A DNA stretch of 64,000 nt, taken from Selaginella moellendorffii. Lineage: Eukaryota > Plantae > Lycopodiophyta. The notes under the pieces were generated by a model. It did not search any database, had not been told where the DNA came from, and was given only the letters and a program-made list of their open reading frames with translations. The stretch spans positions 372,001-436,000 of the forward strand of contig NW_003314275.1 in the NCBI RefSeq assembly GCF_000143415.4, read 5' to 3'. A program made the position numbers and the translations under genes. Below, piece after piece: positions 38,503-48,943 of the stretch (the first letter of the stretch is position 1; each line of letters opens with the position of its first letter).

Positions 38503-39854
38503 CTCCTCTAGCAAAAGCATGCCGATAAACCGAAGGTGCTCAATATCATGTACCAATATATGAGCTTGAAACGCAAATTGGTTTAGCCTGCAAAAACATG
38601 ATATTGGCTAAGTTTACAAAAAATAAAAAATAAATTTTTACATGTTGATCTTATGGCATGCCATGTTGAGCTTCACAGTGTGCTCCCGAGTCATTAGTTC
38701 GACAAGTGTGACTGGAACACTAATGTGTCATTCTTCATCATCTTGGAACTTCTTTTGAATGCACTTCCAAAATGCTAGCCACCTATGGTTTCCATCGATC
38801 ACCCAAAAGAGCTTTCCAATGAACCTTGCTGTCTCCACATGTTGTCATAAGAATCCATCAAACTCACAAGACTTTCGCAGCCATATAGGATCCCATTCTC
38901 CCTCAAGTTTAGTAATCACTAACTCTGTCCGGCCGGTTCCAGGGAAAGTTGGTGAAACGATGAAGGTACCAACTGTGCTCCCAAACCTAACCTCGCCAAA
39001 CGAGTTGTAGATAGCATGTTAAGATCATAAGTTGAATGCACCCAATGGCTTTGAACCAACCGGCACAAAGGAATCAAAAATCGATGAGGGCCATTTCACG
39101 CCATTTCCTGTAACACTTTACTGACTGTCTGTCTTGAGCTTGGATAATCATGTCCTGAACACGATCATTCAAGATGGTGTCAGAATCATGCATGCATAAT
39201 CCCTCACCACCACTAGCTCCCCCTGCACCACCAGCCTGAGGGGCAGTAGGAGCAGCTACCATGCCCCCAATAGCCTCTGCAGTAGATCCACCTACAATGC
39301 TACTAATAACCTCCTCAACTGGTTCATCTACCTCGCCGCAAGCAATCTCAGCAACTGAAGGCACAACACCCCTACCATCACCAACATCAGACGCAAGTAC
39401 CCCACCACCAGTAGCAGCAGCCTCAAAAGCACCAATACCAATAGCCTCAATAACACTAACATTGATTTGAGTGTCCATTTCAACATCCACATTGTTGTTA
39501 TGCTCATCGTTGCCTCCAGTATGACTAGCATAAACTTCATTGGATACTTGAGATGAATCTCCACTCAATCGGCCAAGCCCACAGCGATCAAGGTAGCTAC
39601 CTTTTCCTGGAGACCGAGACCATTGAGGATGGCCTCGGCACTTCCTCTAAAATAAAAAGCAAAAATATTATAACATCTAACTTGTAATGTAAAGCAAACC
39701 TGTGGCATTTTAAATTCAAGTCCCTTGTTGGAAGTTTCAGGTAGTCAAGCTTGATTTATATTTGCTCTCATAAGAAAAGTTTGTAAGTAAAAGATGTGAA
39801 AAATAAATTGAAAACTACAAGAAATGCAAAGGAAAAAAACACAAATCACTAGGA

Positions 39855-40384
39855 GAGGTTGGTTCATGCGAGAACTGACCTCACCCTACCTCTCAAGAAA
39901 AAGAAAAAACACAACAAGAATACGGGGGAGGTCGGTTCGCGCAAGAATCGACATCTTCCACCCTCTAATTTTCACATGAAATGCCCCATCAAGTCAATGA
40001 AATAAAAAAAAAACCTTAAAGATGTTGGTTTGCACAAGAACCGATATTTCTATCTCTCTCTATTTTCTAAAATATAGAGATCTCACCATTAGAAACATGA
40101 AAAAAACCAAGAAAGCTCACTTCTAGAAAACATGAAGGTAGGGAGATGTTGGTTTGCGCGCGAACCGATCTTTCCTACCCCTTCAACAAGAATTTTTTTT
40201 AATAAAAATGAGGCAGAAATGGGCAAAAAGCTAAACAGAAAATGAAATAGAATGCTAGGAGATGTTGGTTCGCACAAGAACCGACATCTCTATCCCTCAA
40301 GAGAAAACAAAAGTCAAGAAAACAAAAAATTTCTCATGGAAGAAAAAAAGTGAGGAGACGTTGGTTCACATGCGAACTGACCTT
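39855..40384. repeat. Array of six 28-bp palindromes GATGTYGGTTY-N6-GAACYGACATC between the divergent genes of element 1
   Basis: Copies at 39855, 39928, 40021, 40145, 40261 and 40357; related N5-spacer copies at 26466, 26541 and 43462. Confidence 0.9.
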
Positions 40385-40622
40385 CTCAAGGAAGCATACC
40401 TTGTTTGAAGAGCATCTTGAAGTATATTGCTGGGTTGAAGCACCTTTCTCTTGCCCTTTGCTACTCAAACCTGAGGTGTAAAACCCTATGCTACTCAAAC
40501 CTAGGTGTAAAACCCTAAAAATCAACAGACGCAATCAACAGTCACAATCAATGGCCATGATTTTCATTCTCTTTGATGGCGATCAATGGACACAATCATT
40601 CAATGCTTTAGATATTAAGATA

Positions 40623-40876
40623 TGTATAATTGATTGTGAGAGGAATAATATTGTTGAAATGAATATAGTTGAGTGAAAACGCACACAAACTAACCTTTCT
40701 GAGCTTGACTCTCTCTCACTTGTCACAAAAGAATGAAACTTTCTTGAAAGGAAGAGAGTATGGAGATGAAAGAGAGAACAAGCAATCAATGCTACAACTT
40801 TTTTGATTGACTGGTGCTTCTCACTTATAACCATATTCATTTCAACAATATTATTCCTCTCACAATCAATTATACA
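40623..40876. repeat. 44-bp perfect inverted repeat enclosing ~165 bp (MITE-like or hairpin)
   Basis: TGTATAATTGATTGTGAGAGGAATAATATTGTTGAAATGAATAT at 40623-40666; its reverse complement at 40833-40876. Confidence 0.85.
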
Positions 40877-41109
40877 ATTAATATGGGTGGCTTTTTAAGA
40901 TTCTCATATCTCTCTAGATTCTAAACAGTTGTATAATTTGTTAAAATAATTAACTTGTCCTTTGCAAGGACATAGCTAATTAATGCTCACAATACAGAAG
41001 AATATCGTTATTCTTTCTTGTCAGTTTCTCCCCAAATTTTTTCTAAGTGCTCGAGCAGGGAGAAGATATGAGAGAATTTTATTTGAAGTTCAATCAAGAG
41101 CCTTTAATT

Positions 41110-43370
41110 GTTTTCTCTAAGAGTGTTATAGGAGAGAGTTTCACGGAGAATAGCTTGAAGGACCTACTTCAAAATATAGAACCTGTGACAAATTTAAACA
41201 GGTATAAAATTAATACTTAACTCTACTTTATGACTAATAACACTCTTTTTTTTGGTAGAATAAAGAACTGGATGCGAGAAGGGTGAAATGGAAAACTTCA
41301 ATTTGGATTGGATAGGATCTTGGAGCTAAAGAAAAAATGTCTTTATGAGTTTATTTATGAGAGCTTATTCGTTAGCCAAGTGACTTTAAACAATCAACAG
41401 TCTTTCATCTTTAAGATGTCTATCCTTGGTCTTGCTTCTGGTGCGGATCTTGTACAATGAATGGATATCGATGGAGATGGGGACTTGGCTAATTCTTAGA
41501 TCCATTTCGACCATATGGAACGAGTTTTAGGTTGCTCAACTATGGGAGCTCATATTTATGATCACAAGTGGTTATTCATTTTTTAAGGATTCCATACCGA
41601 TTTACATTATAACCATTCCTTCTATAGGTTGTAGTACAACTTGATTATAGCTATAGCTAAATTCAAGGTTCAATATTTTCAAGCACAAGTCGTCTTTTGG
41701 ACATGTATGTCCGAAGTTGTTGAACAGCGAACTGGGAAGAAACCCATATTCTGTGGTTTCATAGTAGATGCTGCTAGTGCTAACTAGTTGGCTATATAAC
41801 AAGTATTTGAAGGTGATAAAAGTTAGCCGTTATAAGGTAAAGAGAAAAGTTGTGAATTTCATTGGGCAAAGAGTGTCAATGAACATTGCCAATGCATCAA
41901 ATTTGACTTCCATCATAAGTTCAAGCAGCTTTGTCGGGAATGGATGGATGCACTAACTAAAGAGGAGCACGAGGCAAAGGCAAATGAAATGCACATATGG
42001 TGGCGTGAAGAAGACAAAGTGCCAATTGAAAACCTTCCACAAATGGAATGTTAGCTTGCATGGTGGGAAGTTCAAATGTTTCAGTGGGTCATTATACTCT
42101 CCATGTAAGCTTTCTCTCATTTTTTTTCTTGTCACATTCAAATGTTGCATTGTTTGTAGGATCAACCACTTGATGATATAGCACTTACACCAACAATTAA
42201 TCTCTCTAAGAGTAAACATTGAAGTTGGAGAGCTTCTAAAGCAAGGAAAGGAAAAATGTCCCTTTAAGAAGAAACTTAGACAAGCTTCGAGAGCGGGTTG
42301 ATAGAAGGACAACACCAGCAGCAGGGTCAATGTCTAAGATGGTGGAGGAAGTTGTTACTAGAACTCCTATGAAATCAAGTTATGAACCACTTGGGGACAT
42401 GAGAACAGCTCATATGAAGTGTCGACAGACATTTGATGGGCCAAACATCACTCCTTCTAGGTTTCACTGTCCAGAGTTTGACTACCATTCTGTTACACAA
42501 CACCGGAAAAGAACTAAGGAACATGGAGTGGAGGAGGTGCCAGTTGTTACATAAGTAATTCCAATGCCAGAGGTTGAAAAGGTTATTTCTCGTGAGCCAG
42601 TTTCTCGTATGAACTGGGCAATTCGAAGAGTCAGTGCCAAGAGCAATGCACGTTGCTCCGGAATGATTGGGAGTCGAGATCAGTGTCTCGCATTTGTGCG
42701 CTCAGGTTCAAGTTCTTCAGCAATGCCATGTTTCTGGGGCTGTCGAGATCTAGGAGTGCAGGGCCGCCAGTCAAGCTGGATTTACTGTTGTGGGACTGAT
42801 GTTACTCATATAAGCCAGATCCACAACTCAATTATTTTGAAGCCAAATTCTGTGCCAGAGGAGTGGCCAGTTGAGCAAAGCTGCAATCTTTTGAAAGAAG
42901 AGATTGAAAGTCTAGAGAGAGTAGGTTTCAAGCTAAAGACTTCCTCAAATATTACTGTTAGTACTGCTATGCCACCAATATCAACACTAGACCGGCATAC
43001 ACAACTAGCTAAGAATGGGAAGGCTGTACAATACAAGTCTTCTATTTCAAAAGGTGCACAAGAGAAGATCAAGCTGGCAAAAGAGCTGAAATGCACAATC
43101 ACAAAGACAAACTACATCAATGTTGTGGCTAAAGAGTTTGTTATTGTGACTGAGTTGTCAAAGGGTACAAGCTACACTGTCAAAATCTGCAAAAATCCAT
43201 CCTATACTTGTCCAGATTTTACACAGCCGGAGAATAGGGAAAGGTATATTTAGCCTGCAAGCACATCTATTACCTTTTTATGCAGGAACTAAACCAAGAT
43301 CCTAAGATCGACCATCACATCCACCAAGCAAGCCTTACAATTGCGGAGTTTGAGAAGTGTTTTTAGATTT
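41110..43370 (+). pseudogene. MULE-type DDE transposase with a C-terminal SWIM zinc finger; degraded
   Basis: Manual translation: HFDHMERVLGCSTMGAHIYD (41503); AQVVFW...FCGFIVDAASAN*LAI*QVF...KSCEFHWAKS (CxxH at 41851); YTVKICKNPSYTCPDF...ACKHIYYL (~43170-43280). Confidence 0.68.
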
Positions 43371-43539
43371 TTTTTAGTGTTCGGATCTATATTTATATTT
43401 GTATTTTATTGGTCTAATTTACTTGGAAATAAAGATTAAATCAAAATTTGAAAAATGAAAAGATGTTGGTTCAGGACGAACCAATGTTTTTCTTGTGTTT
43501 GGGGGGTTCCAAATATATGGTAAGGATAGTGGGTAGATT

Positions 43540-46500
43540 GGGCATGGCTGACCAACTTGAGGTATAGTTTAGCTCTTGCTTGCATGCCTGTCTTTGTTCT
43601 ACGTCCGGCTTGGGTCTAAACCCAAGCTCCATACCATGCTAGCTAGTGGAGTACCCATATCCTCGTATTAGGCCATCGGTATGTTGAAATAACGCTAAAC
43701 TCTTTTTGGCTCCGTTTTGCATGTTGGTCATGGCATTAGGATGCTGGATACTCTAAAATTGTTTCAAGTTGCTCTGTGCTTCTGTCCCTTTGCTCCTTGG
43801 GCTGTATGCTCATGAATCATTCCATGCTCTAGTGCCATTGCTCCTTGGCTCCATGCTTGGGAGTTTGGCACCGTTCTTTCATTCAGTGGCTCAAGGCCTT
43901 GAAATTCGGGTTCTACATTATTGTTCTTTGAACATGTGGCACATGGAGGGTTTATATTCTGCTTTATGGTTATTTTATGGTAAAACACAATAGGATAAAG
44001 GGTGAAAACCATGTGCACTACATTTGGTATTAGAGGATGAGTCTCGATGAGTACTATCTAATAGGATTAGGCAACTAGTTTTGTTGCATATGCAGAGATG
44101 AAAACAATGATCCGAGTGGATACATGTTTGTGTGCAAAGGCTTCACAATCGTTTCTTAGGTATGAAATTTAGTTACCTTTCATACTAGATTATATGAGCT
44201 TTAGATTGGGCTCATAAGATGGGTGTGAAATGTTTCATTTGCATGACTTTTCACTTGGGCTCGTGAGTGAGGCACATTAGCAACTCAAGGTTACACTTGA
44301 TTTAGCAGAATTAATATTAATCTATTGGTGGTTCCATGAGTTGTTTTTTGTACCATGGGTGAAAGTAAACCTTCCCTAGGTTGAATGGCAAATAGGCTGA
44401 TCAATAGCTATTTAGCACAGCACTAGTGGATCCTTCCTAGGCATGATTATAAGTGGATCAATCAAGACTGTAGGGATTAGTCTATTGGTTCAAGTAGTTA
44501 TTGCCTTGCTCTCTCATAAACTTTTCTTGGATTGGACTGTAGGCAGTGTGAAAGCAAACTTGAGGTTTGGTCAAAGATGAGACAAAAAAGACAATTCTCA
44601 GGGATGAAGGATCAAACATTTTATGGAGAGATGAAACGAGGTGTTAACTCATTGCTCATATTCATGTCATACAATCAAGAGTCCCTATCTTGATGCATGT
44701 TGAAAATAATGGTCTTACAAGTGGTGAGTCATAAGATGGATAGCGGTAAAATGCTAAACCATTGGCTTGCTATTAAAGACTTGGGTTGCAATGCTTAATT
44801 CTTTTATGGAGAACTTTGCTATTGCTCCTTGAGTAGCTTAGTGTTGGATTAGTTTTGAGTTTAGTTAGAAAGAGAGTGGCATGAGCTTGTTCATGTTGTG
44901 AATAAAAGTTAATGGTATTGGGTGTTGTAAAACTTTATCGATAGAGTGTAGCATTTACGTTATATTTTGTCGAATTTAGTTAGCACTTGATATTCACATA
45001 AACCTTTAAAGTAGTGACATGGCATTGTTCATGGTGTTGCTTGATTGATGATCAAGTCATTGTGATTTCTTATATCATATTTATGTGATAATAAGTAATG
45101 TGTTTATGAAGTTGCTTAGTTAAACGATAATCAACCCCAAAGTGGTTGATGGTGAAAATAGTCTACTTGCATGTAGTATCATTATAGTAGCTTTGACTGG
45201 ATTCTCAATGATGGTCAATTATGCTAAGCTTATGTTGGTACCTTGTTTCTTTGAGAGTTTGCCCATTTTGGTGTTGAAAAAGGTTATAGCATTCACTTGC
45301 TGTGGTTTGTTGGTTTATCTGATAGCACTTGGAGTAGGTTGTTGGATGGAGAAGATGTGTAGTTGAGACAATGACATCGCTAGCACTTATGTTAGTGGAA
45401 GTGGAATTGTTGCTAAAGTGATGAAGATTTTTTCTTAGAACTTGATTTTTCATGTCATTTTTCCTTGTTAATGTTTTGGCTTCACATTAGATCTTGAAGG
45501 TGGTTGAAGAAAAGTTTTAGTGCAATGTGGATATCCAGAGATATGATCTTCACGATCAAGCCCTGGATGTTCATTTTGCATTTTGCAGATGTCAATGTTG
45601 GATGTCGAAAAAATGGGCAAAAATGTTCAATGCTTAAGTATGTTATTGGGTCATGAGAATTTTTATTAAGGTGAACCTATATGAAGTTGTTGATAAGAGG
45701 AAGTTGATTGAGTCTTGAAAGTTTCCATTCTTGGACTGAGAGTCATTCTTTCTTTAAAATGGAAATTTTTCCACAAATTTTTTAGGCTTTTCCAATGGCT
45801 GATTTGTGATCACTTTGTTCGAAAACCATTTTGTTTTCGTAAGTCAGCACAAACTAGTGAAGGGGTTGGAGTTGACTTCAATTAATCTAAACCTTAGTAA
45901 ATAATTTATATGATACGACTCGAAAAGGATGTTAACTTTTGGGGCTAAGACAATTGAGTTGGAAAGGGTCTGGAGTTAGTACAAAAAAGTGGCTTTCGCA
46001 CTTTTCTAGAAAGGTGACATTTGTGCCTTTCTTCTTTAGCATTGTGCTTGGTGGTAGGTTACACTTTGCATTTTGTTATACTCTATAAGAGTAATGAGCT
46101 TTCACTAATCTTGACTTGGTCTTGGTGACTCTGCGCCTTGATTGAAGATGGTGATATCCAACTTAGTTGTTTAAGGTTAAGATGTTTAAGGTTGCGATTG
46201 AGATGTTGGTACTTGTACTATAGCTTTGTTTATGAGGAGGTTGTGTACCAATATAAGTCTATCTCATGGTCTACACTTTAGTTTCGACTAAGTGTTGATT
46301 ATGCATAGCTAGCCTCTTCAAAGTATGCTTAGAGCTATTGGCTAGATGAGTTGGTGAGCTTATTATGGTTGAGTTGGATTCGAGTGGTCATTTAGTTCAT
46401 GCTTATTTATAAACCTTTATCTCATACTTTTGTATTATGTTATGGGGTATTATGTTCATATTGGATAAGTATTGTTAGGGCGTGGCCATTGAGAGAGTGA

Positions 46501-47100
46501 GAGAGAGAGAGAGAAGGAATATTCTGATCCTTAGAATATTCCCCATTTGTCTCATAGGTTTTTCTAGGTTAATATACTTAGCCTCAGCAAGTCGCACGAC
46601 GTAAATTTCTTCCCACTGTGGATCTTCCTTGTATAAAACCCTTGTCTTATAAGGGCGAGGAGGGGGGGGGAGGGGGCATTTTGTAGAGAGCATTGAAACA
46701 TTTCTTGTGTTTGACAGAGCATTAGGGGAGGTGCCCTTCCTTCCCCCAACAAATGGTGAACCTGGCATGACATGCAGCACTTTCGGAGGCGTCATTTGTC
46801 TCTTTTTCTTTTAGCCACAGAATTTGGGAAGGAATTTCTTGTTCGTCTTGCGATGGTTTTGTTTGATCTTAGGTGTGTTGGATAGATTTGGAGCTCCTCT
46901 TCCCAGCAAGGTATGGCGCTCATCAAACCATGTAGTATTTGAAGAGATATAACATTTCTTGGCTCAGTTTGAGGAACAGTTTGGCCCAATTTATTCATTT
47001 ATTCACCTAGATCCTTGGCCCAATTTCTCAAAGTAGTGCATTTGGGCTTGTAGATCTAGCCTAGATTTATGAGTAGTGGTGATTTGTGGCATTAGATTTT
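43540..47100 (-). mobile_element. Heavily decayed LTR-retrotransposon remnant
   Basis: CpG-poor with no long ORFs; weak RNase H-like string (ISAYATKL) near 44.1 kb; LTR-like GA-rich segment at ~46.5-47 kb. Confidence 0.4.
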
Positions 47101-48943
47101 GGCAAATTGACGGCATGCAAAAAGATTTTCTTCTCCGGCTAAATTGGGTCATCTTTGTAGCAGGAATTCGTGCTTCTTCGAGCTTTGTTTTGGATGCCGT
47201 TTGTTTCTAAAGGTGCTCCTGGTCCTAGGCTTTCCAAAAATACTAACGGCTCCTTAGTATCGATCTACATTAGTGACATGCACATGTTTTTCCACAATAT
47301 TGGTATTCTAAGCTATCTCTTCTTGGATTTTAAGCTCTATTTCGTTAAAGTGGGATTTATTCAGTAAAATGGGACTAGGTACAAATTTTCAAGTATTTGA
47401 AAATGACGTGAAATTATATGTTTTTTGTCCAGGGGCTAGACATATCTGGGGCATAGTGACTAGCGCGGTGACTTTGTGTCCAGACTGAGTCCATCTGGTT
47501 GTATAATAAATCTCATTGTCAAGGTGAACAAGCCGAATCTGAAGCTAAAGAAGAGCGATGGCATGCGCGCACACACTATTTGTTTGTTCATTGAGCGTGT
47601 GGTGAGCTTTCCAAGATGAACGTCATTCCTATTAGCCAGACATATAACTTAATGGTGAGAACATTTAGATATTATTCAATGTTATCTTTTTCTAACGAAT
47701 CTAATTGTGAAGGTGTAGCAAGAGGCATTGCTAGTCTGGAGAAGTCATTTAACTCATTTGACCCTTAGTGTATTTTCATGAAACTAAATAACATTCATAT
47801 TATTAAGGAATTTCTCTAGTACCTTTTTTTTACGACATAGAGGCTTGCATTTCTTTCAAAGGTGATTTAGTAAAAGGCCTGAGGGCACATGCCATTCTAT
47901 TTCTCAGACCGGTATTAAGATATACTAGTGCAAAGGGAAAAAGGTATTTGGTGATCAAGTAAATGGCATGAGGGCACATGCCATTATAAGCCTAAGCGCT
48001 AGTGGACACCTCCTTTTTGGTACTCTCAGCGGTACTATCATCCTTCTCTGGGTTAGTTGTTTTGCTTTGGATTGTTGTCTCTGACGTTACTGGGGCGTTC
48101 TCGATAGTTGTTAATGTTGCCGTTTGTTCAGAAAAATGATCACCTGGAGTATAGTACGGGGAGTTTGGAAGACTTATATATTCTACATCTTCACCTATCT
48201 CCTTCTCCGTCTCCTTTTCTGCCTCACCATGAGAACGCTCTTCACCCTAAAATATGGAGTTCGTTGTGTTATAAAAGGAAACCAACACACACGCTGCAAG
48301 GGAATGATGGTACATAAAGCACGTAAGCCCACAATATGGGTTTATGTGCCATTAATATGGGCCACACGCCATATTATTAGATTTATGCACATGTGATTGG
48401 TAAATGCATATGTCACATCATCTTTGTTTTACCTCACACACTATATCAGGCCTAATGAACCATATCACATGTGCGCACATGCTATATATATGGAGAAGTA
48501 TTATGCAAGGATAGAAAAATTCAATGCATGATTGTGGAGAGCAATGGCATGAAGCCACATGCTAAATAACATTTTAGAGAAAGAATTAAAATAGAAAAAT
48601 GCAAACAGTACTGAGTGGACCAAGACTTAGAAGTGCACAATTGAATAAGGTATTTCTAATAAATATTTCACTCACCTCATATAGGAATGGCTACCACTCT
48701 CAAATGGCATATCGCCTCATGCCATCACCTCGCAATTTGTTATAACAATCCGATGAATTCATATTCGGCTTGTTCACCTTGAACTTTAAGTAAGATTTGC
48801 TAGAACAACTAAGAATTTATACTTGTTATTTGTATCATCTCACCTAGGAATGGCGTAAGGCCACATGCCATCACGCCTCCTCTGATTCAGATTTGGATTG
48901 TTCACCTTGAAATAAAATACATTAGAAACTTAGTAAAGGAATA

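Larger units (their letters stand above)
26872..39708 (-). pseudogene. Spliced gene encoding a ParB/Srx-fold domain plus a beta-class N4C/N6A DNA-methyltransferase-like domain; split by the Gypsy insertion and carrying stops/frameshifts
   Basis: Manual translation: LFWVIDGNHRWLAF (DGNHR at 38782-38796); GKIDFIFFDLSDG (motif IV-like, 27525-27557); LHPAFP...ILLELFYLPKGIVLDAIVGFRSMVQATKETG*AVFALE (motif X/I-like, ~26920-27090). The frame runs through the CTCCT TSD (MLLLEE|VQTLY). Putative start MPQ|RKCRGHP at 39708. Confidence 0.72.
26400..43500. mobile_element. Element 1: large Mutator-like DNA transposon (MULE+SWIM transposase and divergent ParB-MTase gene), interrupted by a Gypsy element; termini approximate
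   Basis: Divergent gene pair; element-specific palindromes in the middle (39855-40384) and near both ends (26466, 26541, 43462). TIRs and TSD not identified. Confidence 0.6.

Noticed and set aside
39855-40384. CRISPR array interpretation of the 28-bp palindromic repeats
   Set aside because: Spacers are irregular, A-rich and low-complexity, repeats have a variable centre, there are no cas genes, and the context is eukaryotic.
24440-43900. Inverted homologous segments (24.4-24.8 kb and 43.6-43.9 kb) as TIRs of element 1
   Set aside because: They are highly diverged, have no TSD, and the right copy continues into retroelement debris; two old copies of a dispersed repeat are more likely.
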